DNA of 64,000 bases from Candidatus Saccharimonadales bacterium (lineage in GTDB: Bacteria > Patescibacteriota > Saccharimonadia > Saccharimonadales > EFPC-124). Below are positions 8,615-18,121 of the stretch, one piece after another. The translations under genes were made by a program, and so were the position numbers. The DNA lies in contig JBOHNX010000001.1 of NCBI GenBank assembly GCA_050730875.1, positions 230,620 through 294,619 of the forward strand. Direction: 5' to 3'. Under the pieces are notes generated by a model. The model searched no databases. It had not been told where the DNA came from and saw nothing but the letters and a program-made list of their open reading frames with translations. Within the stretch, counting starts at the first letter, position 1. Every line of letters begins with the position of its first letter.

Positions 8615-9142
8615 ATGGCAAAACAAGAATCTTACTTACCCCGCACAGGCCCTGTTGGACGGCTAGCGCGAGTTTTTTTGTTCGCCTTGCTAGTGTGGCT
8701 GCTTTACAACACGCTTTCGGGTGGCATACATAAGTATGAGGGTTTTGGAACCGACACTGTGCTCTGGGCGCAAACCGGTCTTGCTCTGTTTGTCTTAAAG
8801 GATGCGCTGGGCATGCTCTGGCCGCGAATAGGGTTTAAGCTTTGGTTGTGGGGCGTAATACTCGTTGCCTTAGTGGGTGCGGTAAGTGCATTTGCGGTTT
8901 CTGGAATGATTTGGGCTGCACCACTGCCCCAGCTTGTTTGGATCGTGAACGTAGTGGGATTTTCGGTTTTATCCGTGGAGTTCTTGCTAGCGATATTCCT
9001 GGGCACGCCTGGGTGCGAAAAAGGAGTGATTGCCGAACTCCGCGCCCGCTCCCGTGATGAGCAAGTTCCACCCGCGCCTAGCTGCATCATTGGATTGCAC
9101 CACATCGATGCCTGGGAAGCACAGCACCGTCGTTCCAAGTAA
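8615..9142 (+). CDS. hypothetical 4-TM membrane protein
   Basis: 175 aa with four hydrophobic helices; family not recognised; lies directly downstream of merA. Confidence 0.4.
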   Translation: MAKQESYLPRTGPVGRLARVFLFALLVWLLYNTLSGGIHKYEGFGTDTVLWAQTGLALFVLKDALGMLWPRIGFKLWLWGVILVALVGAVSAFAVSGMIWAAPLPQLVWIVNVVGFSVLSVEFLLAIFLGTPGCEKGVIAELRARSRDEQVPPAPSCIIGLHHIDAWEAQHRRSK

Positions 9143-9546
9143 AATATAGGTTCTTGAAGTTGCATTTTGCCTGTAACTGGGTCCCGTTGTATTGGGGAGT
9201 CGCCAAGTGGTAAGTAAAGCAGCCCTTTAAGGGGTTGCTTTTTACGACACAAAGAAGACTGAGCACAAATTGTTTTACTTAGTTTTGTAAATTTGTTTGA
9301 CATCTGTTGTTAAATAATTTATTGTAAGAAGTGTTGTGGCTGTTGCAACGCGCCTAAATGGCGCAGAGCGAGGGTAGAGTCACAACCTACGGCATAAAGG
9401 GGTAACTCTTGGCAGTTTCCCCTGAAAATCCGACTTAGCTGTTCTTATCTTTACAAAACTGCGAAGGCCTTTTGTGCCGCACCTTAACAACTTGATGACC
9501 TCCTAAATAATTCAGACATGACCCAATTTGAAGGGATGGTTAGGCA

Positions 9547-12465
9547 ATGCAGTCGTCCGAAGTGGTCGCCATGCGTCCACGCGTGTTGAACTGGCACCAA
9601 GCGGTGCACTTCTTTTTGCGAGTGGCGCGCTTTGGTATGGTGGGCACCGTGTGCCTGCTAGTGCAGCTCGGCATCATGTGGTTCTTGGTGAATCACGGTA
9701 TCCACGAAAGTCCGGCCAACTCGACCGGGTTCCTACTATCGGCGCAGCTGAACTTTGTGCTGAGTCGCAATTTTACATGGGGGGACAGAACCAAGCAAGG
9801 TCTGCTTCTTGCTAGGCGCTTTGCGCAATGGGTGGCGTTTAATAGCGTCGTCTTGGCAGGGGCAGTCGTCAACTTCCTAGCTTTCGCGGGAGCAACTATG
9901 CTGGATGTACCAATCGTCTACGCCGCAATTGCGGCTGTCGTGCTCGCTATGGGCGTGACGTTCACCTTACACCACTTTGGTGTTTTCAGGCGGCGTCGGC
10001 CCGAGAAAACCGCACTGGTAACCGCCGATCAACTCCGGCAGGTGGCCACTCCACCCGACATGACAAGAGCAAAAGAAGGCGTGGCGTTTTTCATGCCCGC
10101 CTGGAATGAACAGGGCAACATCCGCACTGCTGTGGAGTCGATCCGCAGCGTTCTGAGCGATCTGGGTATGCCGTTCCATGTGTTCGTCATCGATGATGGC
10201 AGCACAGACCTCACGCACGCTGTGGCCAAAGACCTGGCCAAGAAGCATGGCGATGTCACGGCGGTCCATCAGCGCAACCAGGGGTATGGTGGTGCACTGC
10301 GTACCGGGTTCAAGGCCAGTTACGAGAGTGGCTACGGCCTGATCGCCTTCTACGACTCTGACAATCAGTTCCATGCCGAGGATTTCCTGCGTCTACTCGG
10401 TCGCATGCACGAAACCAACGCCGACATGGTGGTCGGCCAGCGAATCAAGCGGGCTGATGGCCTGAGGCGTCTGCTCATGGGCAAGCTCTGGCATTGGCTG
10501 GGGCGCGTCGCGCTGGGCTACAGCGCACACGACGTTGACTGCGGTTTCAAGCTGATGCGGCGCGAGGTGCTGGAGAAGATCCTCCCTCACCTACGCGGCG
10601 AGAAGGCTGCCATTTCACCGGAGCTGCTGGCCTACGCCTGCGGCTTTGGGTTCAATGTGCAGCAGGTCGGTGTGCGGCATCGGCCGCGGCTTAAAGGCGA
10701 ACAGTCAGGTGCAAGCCTGCCTGTCGTCATCGGCTCGATTATCGGGCTCTTCAAGATCCGATCCAATGTACGTAGCGTGCTGCTAGCCGAGGGTATTCGG
10801 AAACACCGACGGCGGCGAATCGATCCGGTGGTGAAAACGGTTGTCGTTCTCGCCAGCTTGCTATCGATCGGCGCGTTCACCTACTTCTACGCACGGGGCG
10901 AGACTCTGGCCTACACGGACAGTATTTCGCACCTGATGATCGCCCGCCGAACTATCGACAGCCCAACACAAGGGCTGGCACAGCTCGGTGGTGTGTGGCC
11001 TCCGTTGCCTCACCTGCTGATGCTTCCCTTCATCTGGAACAACTGGTTGTACTACAGTGGCGTTGGCGGTAGCATTGCTTCGATGCTGGCGTACGTGGTC
11101 GCCACGGTGCTGATATACAAGTTCGTCCGCAGCCTTACGAAGCGAGCGTGGCCAGCGGTGGCCGCGGCCGCTATTTTCGCACTCAACCCGAACGTGCTCT
11201 ACATGCAGGCAACTCCGATGACGGAGATGTTGCTGCTGGCGAGCATCATGGGAGCGGTGTACGGGCTGCTCCGCTGGATCCAGACCAAACACTACCTGTA
11301 CCTCATCGCATCGGCTGGTGCGGCGCTGGGCGCCACGCTTATCCGGTACGAAGGCTGGGTGTTAGTAATCGCGCTGGTGCCGGTTATCGTGTTTGCGGTA
11401 ATTCGGCAACGGCTCGGCCGGGCACAGCTGGAGGGTGCGTTGATCGCATTCCTCACTATGGCCGGCGCCGGCATTGGCGGGTGGTTGCTGTGGAACCAGC
11501 TCATCTTCAACGACTGGCTGGCGTTCCAGCGGGGAGAATACGCAAAGTCATCACTGTGGGTGGGCGCGGGCGAACTGGCGGTTGGCCAGATAGATATCGC
11601 GTTTATGGCCTACACTTGGGCGACGCTAGGTAACGTCACACTGGTGTTCGGTGTCTTGGCCGCAGTCGGGCTCATTGTGTATTTGGTGCGCAGTCGGCTG
11701 TCGGCCGAATCCGCACCTGCGCTGGCGCTGCTGGCGTTCTTCCCCTTCTTCGTGCTGGCACTGTACGCAGGTCAGCGTCCGCTCCACGTTACGCAGATCC
11801 ACAACGACATGTACAACACCAGGTTTGGCCTGGTGATGATTCTGCCGACGGCGGTGTTCGTTGGCTACTTGGTTTCGGTGCTTCGCCGGCCGAAGTGGCG
11901 GGCGTTGCAAACACTATCGCCTATCCTCGCCTGCTGCTTGGCAGTTGGCGTGAGTGCGGCGATGCTGGCAAGCGGAAACACGATTACACTCCAAGATCCG
12001 CTGGCCGAAAAAGCCGAGATTTCCGACCAGTTGGCGCGCGCCGAAGCGGCGTTTTTGCGCGATAACTACACCGGTGGCAAGGTGTTGGTCGAAGCGTTCG
12101 GGAACGAAAGCGTGGTTTTCCATTCTCGCATCCCTCCGGGTGAAGTCATCTACGAGGGAAGTTACCGAATCTGGGAGCCGGCGCTGGCGAACCCGCTGGA
12201 ACACGATATCCAGTGGATCATCATGCGTCGAACGCCCGGGACCGAAGACCTCGTGTACAAGGCCGTTCGAGACACGGCGCGCCTGCAAGGTAACCTTCTC
12301 GACGGCTTTTATGTGCAGGTCTACGCCGACTCAAGCCGACTCATCTTCGCAAGCCCTCAGGCTCAGCGGAAGATGAGCTACGCGCAGGACGGCACTCACC
12401 TGCAAGATGGCGTACCAATCACCTATGTGCCGAAGGAACATTCAAGCCGATCTCCAGGAAGGTAA
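9547..12465 (+). CDS. triple-fusion glycosylation protein: GtrA-like 4-TM domain + GT2 polyprenyl-phosphate sugar synthase (DPM1/GtrB/ArnC-like) + GT-C ArnT/PMT-like multi-TM domain
   Basis: 972 aa; N-terminal GtrA-like helices; GT2 FFMPAWNE...VFVIDDGSTD...YDSDNQF; C-terminal ~550 aa polytopic with YARGETLAYTDSISHLMIARR loop; ~60% GC. Confidence 0.8.
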   Translation: MQSSEVVAMRPRVLNWHQAVHFFLRVARFGMVGTVCLLVQLGIMWFLVNHGIHESPANSTGFLLSAQLNFVLSRNFTWGDRTKQGLLLARRFAQWVAFNSVVLAGAVVNFLAFAGATMLDVPIVYAAIAAVVLAMGVTFTLHHFGVFRRRRPEKTALVTADQLRQVATPPDMTRAKEGVAFFMPAWNEQGNIRTAVESIRSVLSDLGMPFHVFVIDDGSTDLTHAVAKDLAKKHGDVTAVHQRNQGYGGALRTGFKASYESGYGLIAFYDSDNQFHAEDFLRLLGRMHETNADMVVGQRIKRADGLRRLLMGKLWHWLGRVALGYSAHDVDCGFKLMRREVLEKILPHLRGEKAAISPELLAYACGFGFNVQQVGVRHRPRLKGEQSGASLPVVIGSIIGLFKIRSNVRSVLLAEGIRKHRRRRIDPVVKTVVVLASLLSIGAFTYFYARGETLAYTDSISHLMIARRTIDSPTQGLAQLGGVWPPLPHLLMLPFIWNNWLYYSGVGGSIASMLAYVVATVLIYKFVRSLTKRAWPAVAAAAIFALNPNVLYMQATPMTEMLLLASIMGAVYGLLRWIQTKHYLYLIASAGAALGATLIRYEGWVLVIALVPVIVFAVIRQRLGRAQLEGALIAFLTMAGAGIGGWLLWNQLIFNDWLAFQRGEYAKSSLWVGAGELAVGQIDIAFMAYTWATLGNVTLVFGVLAAVGLIVYLVRSRLSAESAPALALLAFFPFFVLALYAGQRPLHVTQIHNDMYNTRFGLVMILPTAVFVGYLVSVLRRPKWRALQTLSPILACCLAVGVSAAMLASGNTITLQDPLAEKAEISDQLARAEAAFLRDNYTGGKVLVEAFGNESVVFHSRIPPGEVIYEGSYRIWEPALANPLEHDIQWIIMRRTPGTEDLVYKAVRDTARLQGNLLDGFYVQVYADSSRLIFASPQAQRKMSYAQDGTHLQDGVPITYVPKEHSSRSPGR

Positions 12466-12471
12466 CTGTCC

Positions 12472-14034
12472 ATGACTGTCACGTTGCACGAGGTAACATC
12501 CACTCCAGTTCGGCGCGACTCGGCCCGGATCGTCATGTCGGGCGGCCAAAAGCTGTTCGCCATGGCGCTGCTGATACTGCTTGGGCTGGATGCGTACTTC
12601 CTGGGCTGGAAGCATCTGCTCATCGTGCTGATCGCTGCATCACAAGTCTTCTACCTGGCATTCGTCGGGTTGAAGTTACTGTTGATGGGGTACTCGTTCG
12701 GTGCGCCAACCGCCGATGGAAAAGGTAGGCTCCCAAGCCTCTACGACCCTGACCTTCCGGTGTTCACCGTTCTTGTGCCGCTCTACAAGGAAAAGCGGCC
12801 CACCATCCTCGGGCTGATCCGTTCGCTGGATAGGCTGCAGTATCCGAAGGATAGGCTGCAAGTCCTCTTGCTGCTCGAGGACCCGAAGGCTGCGCCGGCG
12901 GCAAAGGTTACGCACGAGGCGGTCGATGCCATCGATCTGCCATTAAACGTGCAAAAACTGACGGTGCCGAGCCGGAGCACACGCACCAAACCGGGTGCGT
13001 GCGACTACGGCTTAGCGCGCGCCCGGGGTGATTACACGATCATCTACGATGCCGAGGACCGGCCGGAACCGTTGCAGCTCCTCAAGGCTGTCGCCGGTTT
13101 CCGAAACCTCGGCGAAAACTCCAAGGTCGTCTGCCTGCAGGCGCGGCTAGAGCACTGGAACGTCCGCCGCAACCTCATTACGCGGATGTACTGGGTCGAA
13201 TACGTGTGTCATTTCGAGTTCATCCTTACAGGGCTGGCTAGGCTCGGCCTGGTACCGCCCCTGGGGGGAACTTCGAACATCTTTGTAACTGACGTGCTGC
13301 GCAGAATCGGGCTCCCGCCCGAAGAGCTGCTGCGTGGCGACATGGATCCCGCCGAATTCGCCGGCGCATGGGACCCATGGAACGTCACCGAAGATGCTGA
13401 CATTGCCGGCTGGCTAGCCAGGAACGGCTACCACGTAGCGATGATCGATTCCTTCACGCTGGAGGAAGCCTCACACAAACTCCGCATTGCCGCGAACCAG
13501 CGTGCACGGTGGGGCAAGGGCTACTTCCAGACTGGTCTGGTGCATACGCGCCGACCGCTGAGCGGCATGTGGCAGATGGGACCACGCAAGTGGATCGCAT
13601 ACAATCTGCTGATGCTCGGCACGCCGATCTCCCTGATGATCAACCCGATCTTCTGGGGGCTGACGATCACCTACTTCGCGACACGCTCGACCTTCATCGA
13701 GTCGCTGTTCCCGCCGTGGGTATTCTATGTCGGCGTCATGACCGCTGTCGTCGGCAACTTCCTGATGTTCTATCAGCTCATCATCGCCTGTCTGCACCGC
13801 GACGAGCCTGGGAATGTGAAGTACATGTTCCTGGTGCCGTTGTGGTGGGCGTTCTCGTCGTACTCCATGTGGAAGGGTGTGCTGGAACTGCTGCTTCCGT
13901 GGCTGCGGTTCCACTGGCACGCGACCGAGCATGGGTTCGCTGACGAAACAAGAGAAGAGGAGGCTATCGAGTACCGACTGGCTCTAGCGGTAAAAGCAGA
14001 TGCAGATCGCATCTCGCTCGCTGAAGCCAGCTGA
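12472..14034 (+). CDS. processive family-2 glycosyltransferase (cellulose/chitin/NodC-type synthase) with integral membrane domains
   Basis: 520 aa; DxD in IIYDAEDRPEP and Q(Q/R)xRW in ANQRARWGKG; N- and C-terminal TM helices; separated by 6 bp from the preceding gene. Confidence 0.8.
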   Translation: MTVTLHEVTSTPVRRDSARIVMSGGQKLFAMALLILLGLDAYFLGWKHLLIVLIAASQVFYLAFVGLKLLLMGYSFGAPTADGKGRLPSLYDPDLPVFTVLVPLYKEKRPTILGLIRSLDRLQYPKDRLQVLLLLEDPKAAPAAKVTHEAVDAIDLPLNVQKLTVPSRSTRTKPGACDYGLARARGDYTIIYDAEDRPEPLQLLKAVAGFRNLGENSKVVCLQARLEHWNVRRNLITRMYWVEYVCHFEFILTGLARLGLVPPLGGTSNIFVTDVLRRIGLPPEELLRGDMDPAEFAGAWDPWNVTEDADIAGWLARNGYHVAMIDSFTLEEASHKLRIAANQRARWGKGYFQTGLVHTRRPLSGMWQMGPRKWIAYNLLMLGTPISLMINPIFWGLTITYFATRSTFIESLFPPWVFYVGVMTAVVGNFLMFYQLIIACLHRDEPGNVKYMFLVPLWWAFSSYSMWKGVLELLLPWLRFHWHATEHGFADETREEEAIEYRLALAVKADADRISLAEAS

Positions 14035-14141
14035 GGGAGCTGGGGGCTGGTGTCAAAACCAAGCCCCCACTCCCCTGATAAATGCTTAAGTTTATTGCCT
14101 AAATTGTAAAATGGATATAAGCTGGTAAGAGGGGTAAAGGT

Positions 14142-17100
14142 GTGGGCAGATACGAACATTCCAAGACGCTACGGCCACTTGCATACTTTATATTGGCCGC
14201 TATAACATTCGTGTTGTTGGCGGTAGGCGCAATTGGCGGTAATCGGGCGGCATATGCTGCTCCTCCACCGGACCTTGAACGCACTCCACTTATTACTGGA
14301 CTTAGTGAACCAACGGCTTTCCGGCATTTGCCAGACGGCCGGATTTTAATTGCCGAAAAAGCTGGCGCAATTAAGCTCTCTGCCGATGGGCAACCACTTA
14401 CCACAGTAGTAACGATACCAACCGACCACCGTGAAGAACGTGGTCTTTTAGGGATTGAACCGGACCCCGATTTTGCGACCAATGGGTGGCTCTACGTTGC
14501 TTATACAACGGCAGCCAACTATGACCGTCTTTCGCGCTTTACCATGACTGGCGGTGGTAGCATCGCTTTGGGCTCGGAAATTGTGCTGCTCGAATCAACT
14601 CAATCTGCCGATATATTCCATCATGGTGGCGAGGTGCGTTTTGGGCCGGATGGCAAACTGTACTGGGCAATGGGCATGAATACCTTTAGCCCTAATTCGC
14701 AGGACTTAACGAACATTCACGGTAAAGTTTTGCGGCTCAATAAAGACGGCAGTATTCCGCCGGATAACCCATTTGTTAATACGCCAAATGCAGTTGACCA
14801 AATTTGGGCGTATGGTTTGCGTAATCCCTTCCGATTTACCTTTACGCCAAACGGCAAACTATTTGCCGGCGATGTGGGCGGTGATTCTTGGGAAGAATTG
14901 AATTTTGTGCAGTCAGGCGGCAATTATGGGTGGCCAGCAGCAGAGGGCAATTGTACGGCTTGCCCTTATATTAATCCTACCTATGCTTACCCCCATACGC
15001 CTCCCCCTGCAAAGGCTGGTTCAATTTCTGCAACTATGGTCTACGCTGGCTCGAACTTGCCGGCGCAGTACCAGGATAAATTTTTTATAGGTGATTACAC
15101 GCTTGGCTGGGTGAAGTATTTGACGTTCGATGCTGACTATTCGACCTTTATTTCTGAACATATGTTTGACCCCGAAGCTGGCACTATCGTGCAAATAAGC
15201 CAAGGGCCTGACCAAAATATCTACCAACTTAATATTTATCCGGGCGTTTTATACAAAATTGCACCATCTGGTGGGAACCGCACACCAACTGCTGTGGCGA
15301 CGGCAAATCCGGTGGCTGGGCTGGCGCCGCTGGACGTTACTTTTAGCTCGGCTGGCTCAAACGACCCAGATGGCACACCGCTTACGTACAGCTGGGACTT
15401 TGGCGACGGCACAACATCGACCGAAGCGAATCCGACAAAAACTTACACGATAAACGGGACCTACAACGTAGTTTTAACGGTCAGTGATGGCGACAAGTCT
15501 GCAACTGCAACCGTGAAAGTAACGGTTGGTAACCGTTTGCCAACGGCAACCATTACTGCACCAACCAACGGCGCTAATTATAATGCGGGCGACACAATCG
15601 CTTTTACCGCCACCGGTACCGATCCAGAAGACGGCGACTTGCCCGACAGCGCATTTACCTGGAAGGTCGAATTCCATCACGCCGACCATATTCACCCATT
15701 TCGCGATTCGATTACAGGTAAAACTGGAATGGTTGAACTTGCAACCAGCCCAGATAACAGCAGTACAACATGGTACCGGTTTATCGTGACGGTTACTGAT
15801 TCGGCAGGGCTTACCGATACAAAATCAGTCGATATTTACCCGAACCTGGTTGATATAACCTGGACTACAAATTATCCAGATGCAAAGTTCACGATAGATG
15901 GTATTCCCTACATTGGTTCGCGTACCGAACGCGCGGTGGTTGGAGTGCGTCGGGTGCTCGATGCACCATCGCCGCAATATGTGGCAACTACACAATATGT
16001 GTTTAGCAGTTGGTCCGATGGCCAACCGCAAAATCACACAATAACCACGCCGGCAACCAATACCGCTTACACGGCCAACTTTAGTCAATTCCAGCAACCA
16101 CCAGCGCCGTGGCGATCACAAGATGTTGGTCCGACGGTCGCTACTGGGTACGACTCGTACGATAACGGTACGTACACAGTCCGCGGAGCCGGCGGCGACA
16201 TTTGGGGAACGATTGACGAATTCCATTATCTGCACCAGCCGCTAAACGGCGATGGCGAAATTATTGCCCGCGTTACTTCGCAAGATCGTACTAGCGACTG
16301 GGCAAAATCTGGCATTATGATTAAAGAGTCGGCTACGCCAGGCGCTAAATATGCATTGCTGGCTGTGACCCCAGACAACGGCATTAACTTCCAATACAAC
16401 TTTGATGGCCAGGGTGCTAGTACGCCTTACACTTTCCCGAACGCGTGGTTAAAACTAAAACGAGCTGGCAACGTTTTTACCGCTTATACGTCAGCAGATG
16501 GTGCGACTTGGACACAGCTTGGTGCACCGGTAACAATTGATATGGCATCGAGTGTAACGATCGGCCTCTTTGTTTGTTCGCATCAATACGGCGTGCTCAA
16601 TACGAGCCAGTTCGATAACGTTAGTGTAAACACAGGATGGTCTAATCAGGATATTGGTGAGCCGGGTGTGGCTGGATCGGCTACGCAGGCAGCAGACGGC
16701 ACCTATACTGTCAAAGGTTCTGGCAATGACATTTGGGCCGCGAACGATCAGTTCCATTACGTGTATCAGCCGTTAGTTGGCGATGGTGAACTAAGCGCGC
16801 GAGTAACATCGCAGACCAATACGGAAGGTTGGGCAAAAGCTGGCGTGATGATAAAACAATCTACCACAGCTGGTTCGCCGTATGCTCTTGTGGGTGTAAC
16901 GCCAGACAATGGTGTGAACTTCCAGCATAGTTACAATAGCAACACGGGCGGTGGACCCTACGCTTTCCCGAATGCTTGGCTCAAAATAAAACGCGTTGGA
17001 TCGATCATTACTGGTTACACGTCGTCCGATGGTGTTACTTGGACGGAGGTTGGCACGGCCAATATCACAATGACGCCGGATGCAACTATTGGTCTGTTTG

Positions 17101-17726
17101 TCACCTCGCACAATAACACCGCGCTAAGCACGGCAACATTCGACAATATTCAGCTCGTAACTACTCCTCCACAAAGCACACAACCACCAGCGCCGTGGGA
17201 GGTCCGCGACGTTGGCTCACCGGCTGTGGCTGGTTCTAGCAACTACACCAATGGCGTGTTTACATTGAATGGCGCCGGCGAGGACATATGGGCGCTGACC
17301 GATCAGTTCCACTTTGTACATCAAACATTGCCAGCAAGTGGCGAAATAGTCGCGCGCGTCACATCTCAGGGTACCGAGACCGGTGGCTGGGCAAAATCCG
17401 GCATTATGATTAAGCAATCCACGGCAGCTGGTTCGCCGTATGCCCTGCTTGCGGTAACACCTGATAATGGCATTAATTTACAGCACGATTTTTATAACAA
17501 TACTGCCGGTGGCGCCTACACCTTTCCGGTGTGGTTGAAGTTGACTCGAAATGGCAACATTGTCCAGGCATACAGGTCGACCGATGGCGCCACCTGGACC
17601 GAGGTTGGCACGGTAACGACGACTTTAGGGTCGGGCAGTGTGCAAGCGGGCTTATTTGTCAGCTCGCACAACGGTGCCCAGCTGAATACGTCAACCTTCG
17701 ATAACGTATCGGTTACGCCGTATTAA
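14142..17726 (+). CDS. secreted multidomain protein: PQQ-type soluble glucose/sorbosone dehydrogenase-like beta-propeller + 2 PKD domains + 4 tandem DUF1349-like (concanavalin-A-like jelly-roll) repeats
   Basis: GTG start with AAGAGGGG RBS; signal/TM at N-terminus; HLPDGRILIAEKAG...ERGLLGIEPDPDF propeller; PKD motif WDFGDGTTS; four ~145-aa repeats GxGxDIW...D.FH....L.GDGE..ARV...WAK.G.MIK...WLK..R.G. Confidence 0.75.
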   Translation: MGRYEHSKTLRPLAYFILAAITFVLLAVGAIGGNRAAYAAPPPDLERTPLITGLSEPTAFRHLPDGRILIAEKAGAIKLSADGQPLTTVVTIPTDHREERGLLGIEPDPDFATNGWLYVAYTTAANYDRLSRFTMTGGGSIALGSEIVLLESTQSADIFHHGGEVRFGPDGKLYWAMGMNTFSPNSQDLTNIHGKVLRLNKDGSIPPDNPFVNTPNAVDQIWAYGLRNPFRFTFTPNGKLFAGDVGGDSWEELNFVQSGGNYGWPAAEGNCTACPYINPTYAYPHTPPPAKAGSISATMVYAGSNLPAQYQDKFFIGDYTLGWVKYLTFDADYSTFISEHMFDPEAGTIVQISQGPDQNIYQLNIYPGVLYKIAPSGGNRTPTAVATANPVAGLAPLDVTFSSAGSNDPDGTPLTYSWDFGDGTTSTEANPTKTYTINGTYNVVLTVSDGDKSATATVKVTVGNRLPTATITAPTNGANYNAGDTIAFTATGTDPEDGDLPDSAFTWKVEFHHADHIHPFRDSITGKTGMVELATSPDNSSTTWYRFIVTVTDSAGLTDTKSVDIYPNLVDITWTTNYPDAKFTIDGIPYIGSRTERAVVGVRRVLDAPSPQYVATTQYVFSSWSDGQPQNHTITTPATNTAYTANFSQFQQPPAPWRSQDVGPTVATGYDSYDNGTYTVRGAGGDIWGTIDEFHYLHQPLNGDGEIIARVTSQDRTSDWAKSGIMIKESATPGAKYALLAVTPDNGINFQYNFDGQGASTPYTFPNAWLKLKRAGNVFTAYTSADGATWTQLGAPVTIDMASSVTIGLFVCSHQYGVLNTSQFDNVSVNTGWSNQDIGEPGVAGSATQAADGTYTVKGSGNDIWAANDQFHYVYQPLVGDGELSARVTSQTNTEGWAKAGVMIKQSTTAGSPYALVGVTPDNGVNFQHSYNSNTGGGPYAFPNAWLKIKRVGSIITGYTSSDGVTWTEVGTANITMTPDATIGLFVTSHNNTALSTATFDNIQLVTTPPQSTQPPAPWEVRDVGSPAVAGSSNYTNGVFTLNGAGEDIWALTDQFHFVHQTLPASGEIVARVTSQGTETGGWAKSGIMIKQSTAAGSPYALLAVTPDNGINLQHDFYNNTAGGAYTFPVWLKLTRNGNIVQAYRSTDGATWTEVGTVTTTLGSGSVQAGLFVSSHNGAQLNTSTFDNVSVTPY

Positions 17727-18113
17727 CTATTGCAAAACTGCTAGAACATTGCCGGCTGGGTCTTTAAACCAGGCGATGCTTGGACCATGTTCTGGTGTGT
17801 CGCTGCGCAAGATTCCTTTTTCGTCCTGTTCGGCCGGAAACATATTGTCGTAACGTTCAAACTGAATGCCTTTGGCTTTGAGCTCGTCAACGGCGTCGTC
17901 GATGTCATCGACTGGGAAGTTCAAAATGGTGAACGAGGCTGGTTCGTGATTTTCTTTGGGGTACAAAAATACTTCTGCACCACTACCTAAATGCAGCGAA
18001 AGACCCATGGCGTCTTCGGTTACTTTAAGTCCGAGTGTTTCGCCGTAAAATTCTTTAGCCTTTTGTAGATCGTTAACGGAAAACCCGCTAAATGCTTTTG
18101 AGTCTTTAAACAT
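17727..18113 (-). CDS. VOC-family (glyoxalase/bleomycin-resistance fold) protein
   Basis: 128 aa; [21 protein letters not shown]... Confidence 0.7.
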   Translation of the reverse strand: MFKDSKAFSGFSVNDLQKAKEFYGETLGLKVTEDAMGLSLHLGSGAEVFLYPKENHEPASFTILNFPVDDIDDAVDELKAKGIQFERYDNMFPAEQDEKGILRSDTPEHGPSIAWFKDPAGNVLAVLQ

Positions 18114-18121
18114 ATTCCCTC

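Noticed and set aside
9209-9245. tRNA-like anticodon stem-loop (CAGCC-CTTTAAG-GGTTG, anticodon TTA would read UAA) downstream of the mer module
   Set aside because: No T-arm (no GTTCRAnYC box), no acceptor stem and no D-arm can be formed; it is an isolated hairpin. All three stop codons terminate conserved genes here, so there is no support for a suppressor or recoded system.
8704-9303. 199-codon minus-strand ORF overlapping the 4-TM membrane protein gene
   Set aside because: Its sequence is Ser/Pro-rich and non-protein-like, whereas the plus-strand ORF has regular TM helices and follows merA in the same orientation.
9967-13932. Numerous antisense and out-of-frame ORFs inside the glycosyltransferase genes (e.g. 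9967..10374, 10861..11292, 11148..11633, 11914..12288, 13471..13932)
   Set aside because: High GC content removes stop codons. Their peptides are Arg/Ala/Pro-rich and non-protein-like, and they overlap strongly supported genes.
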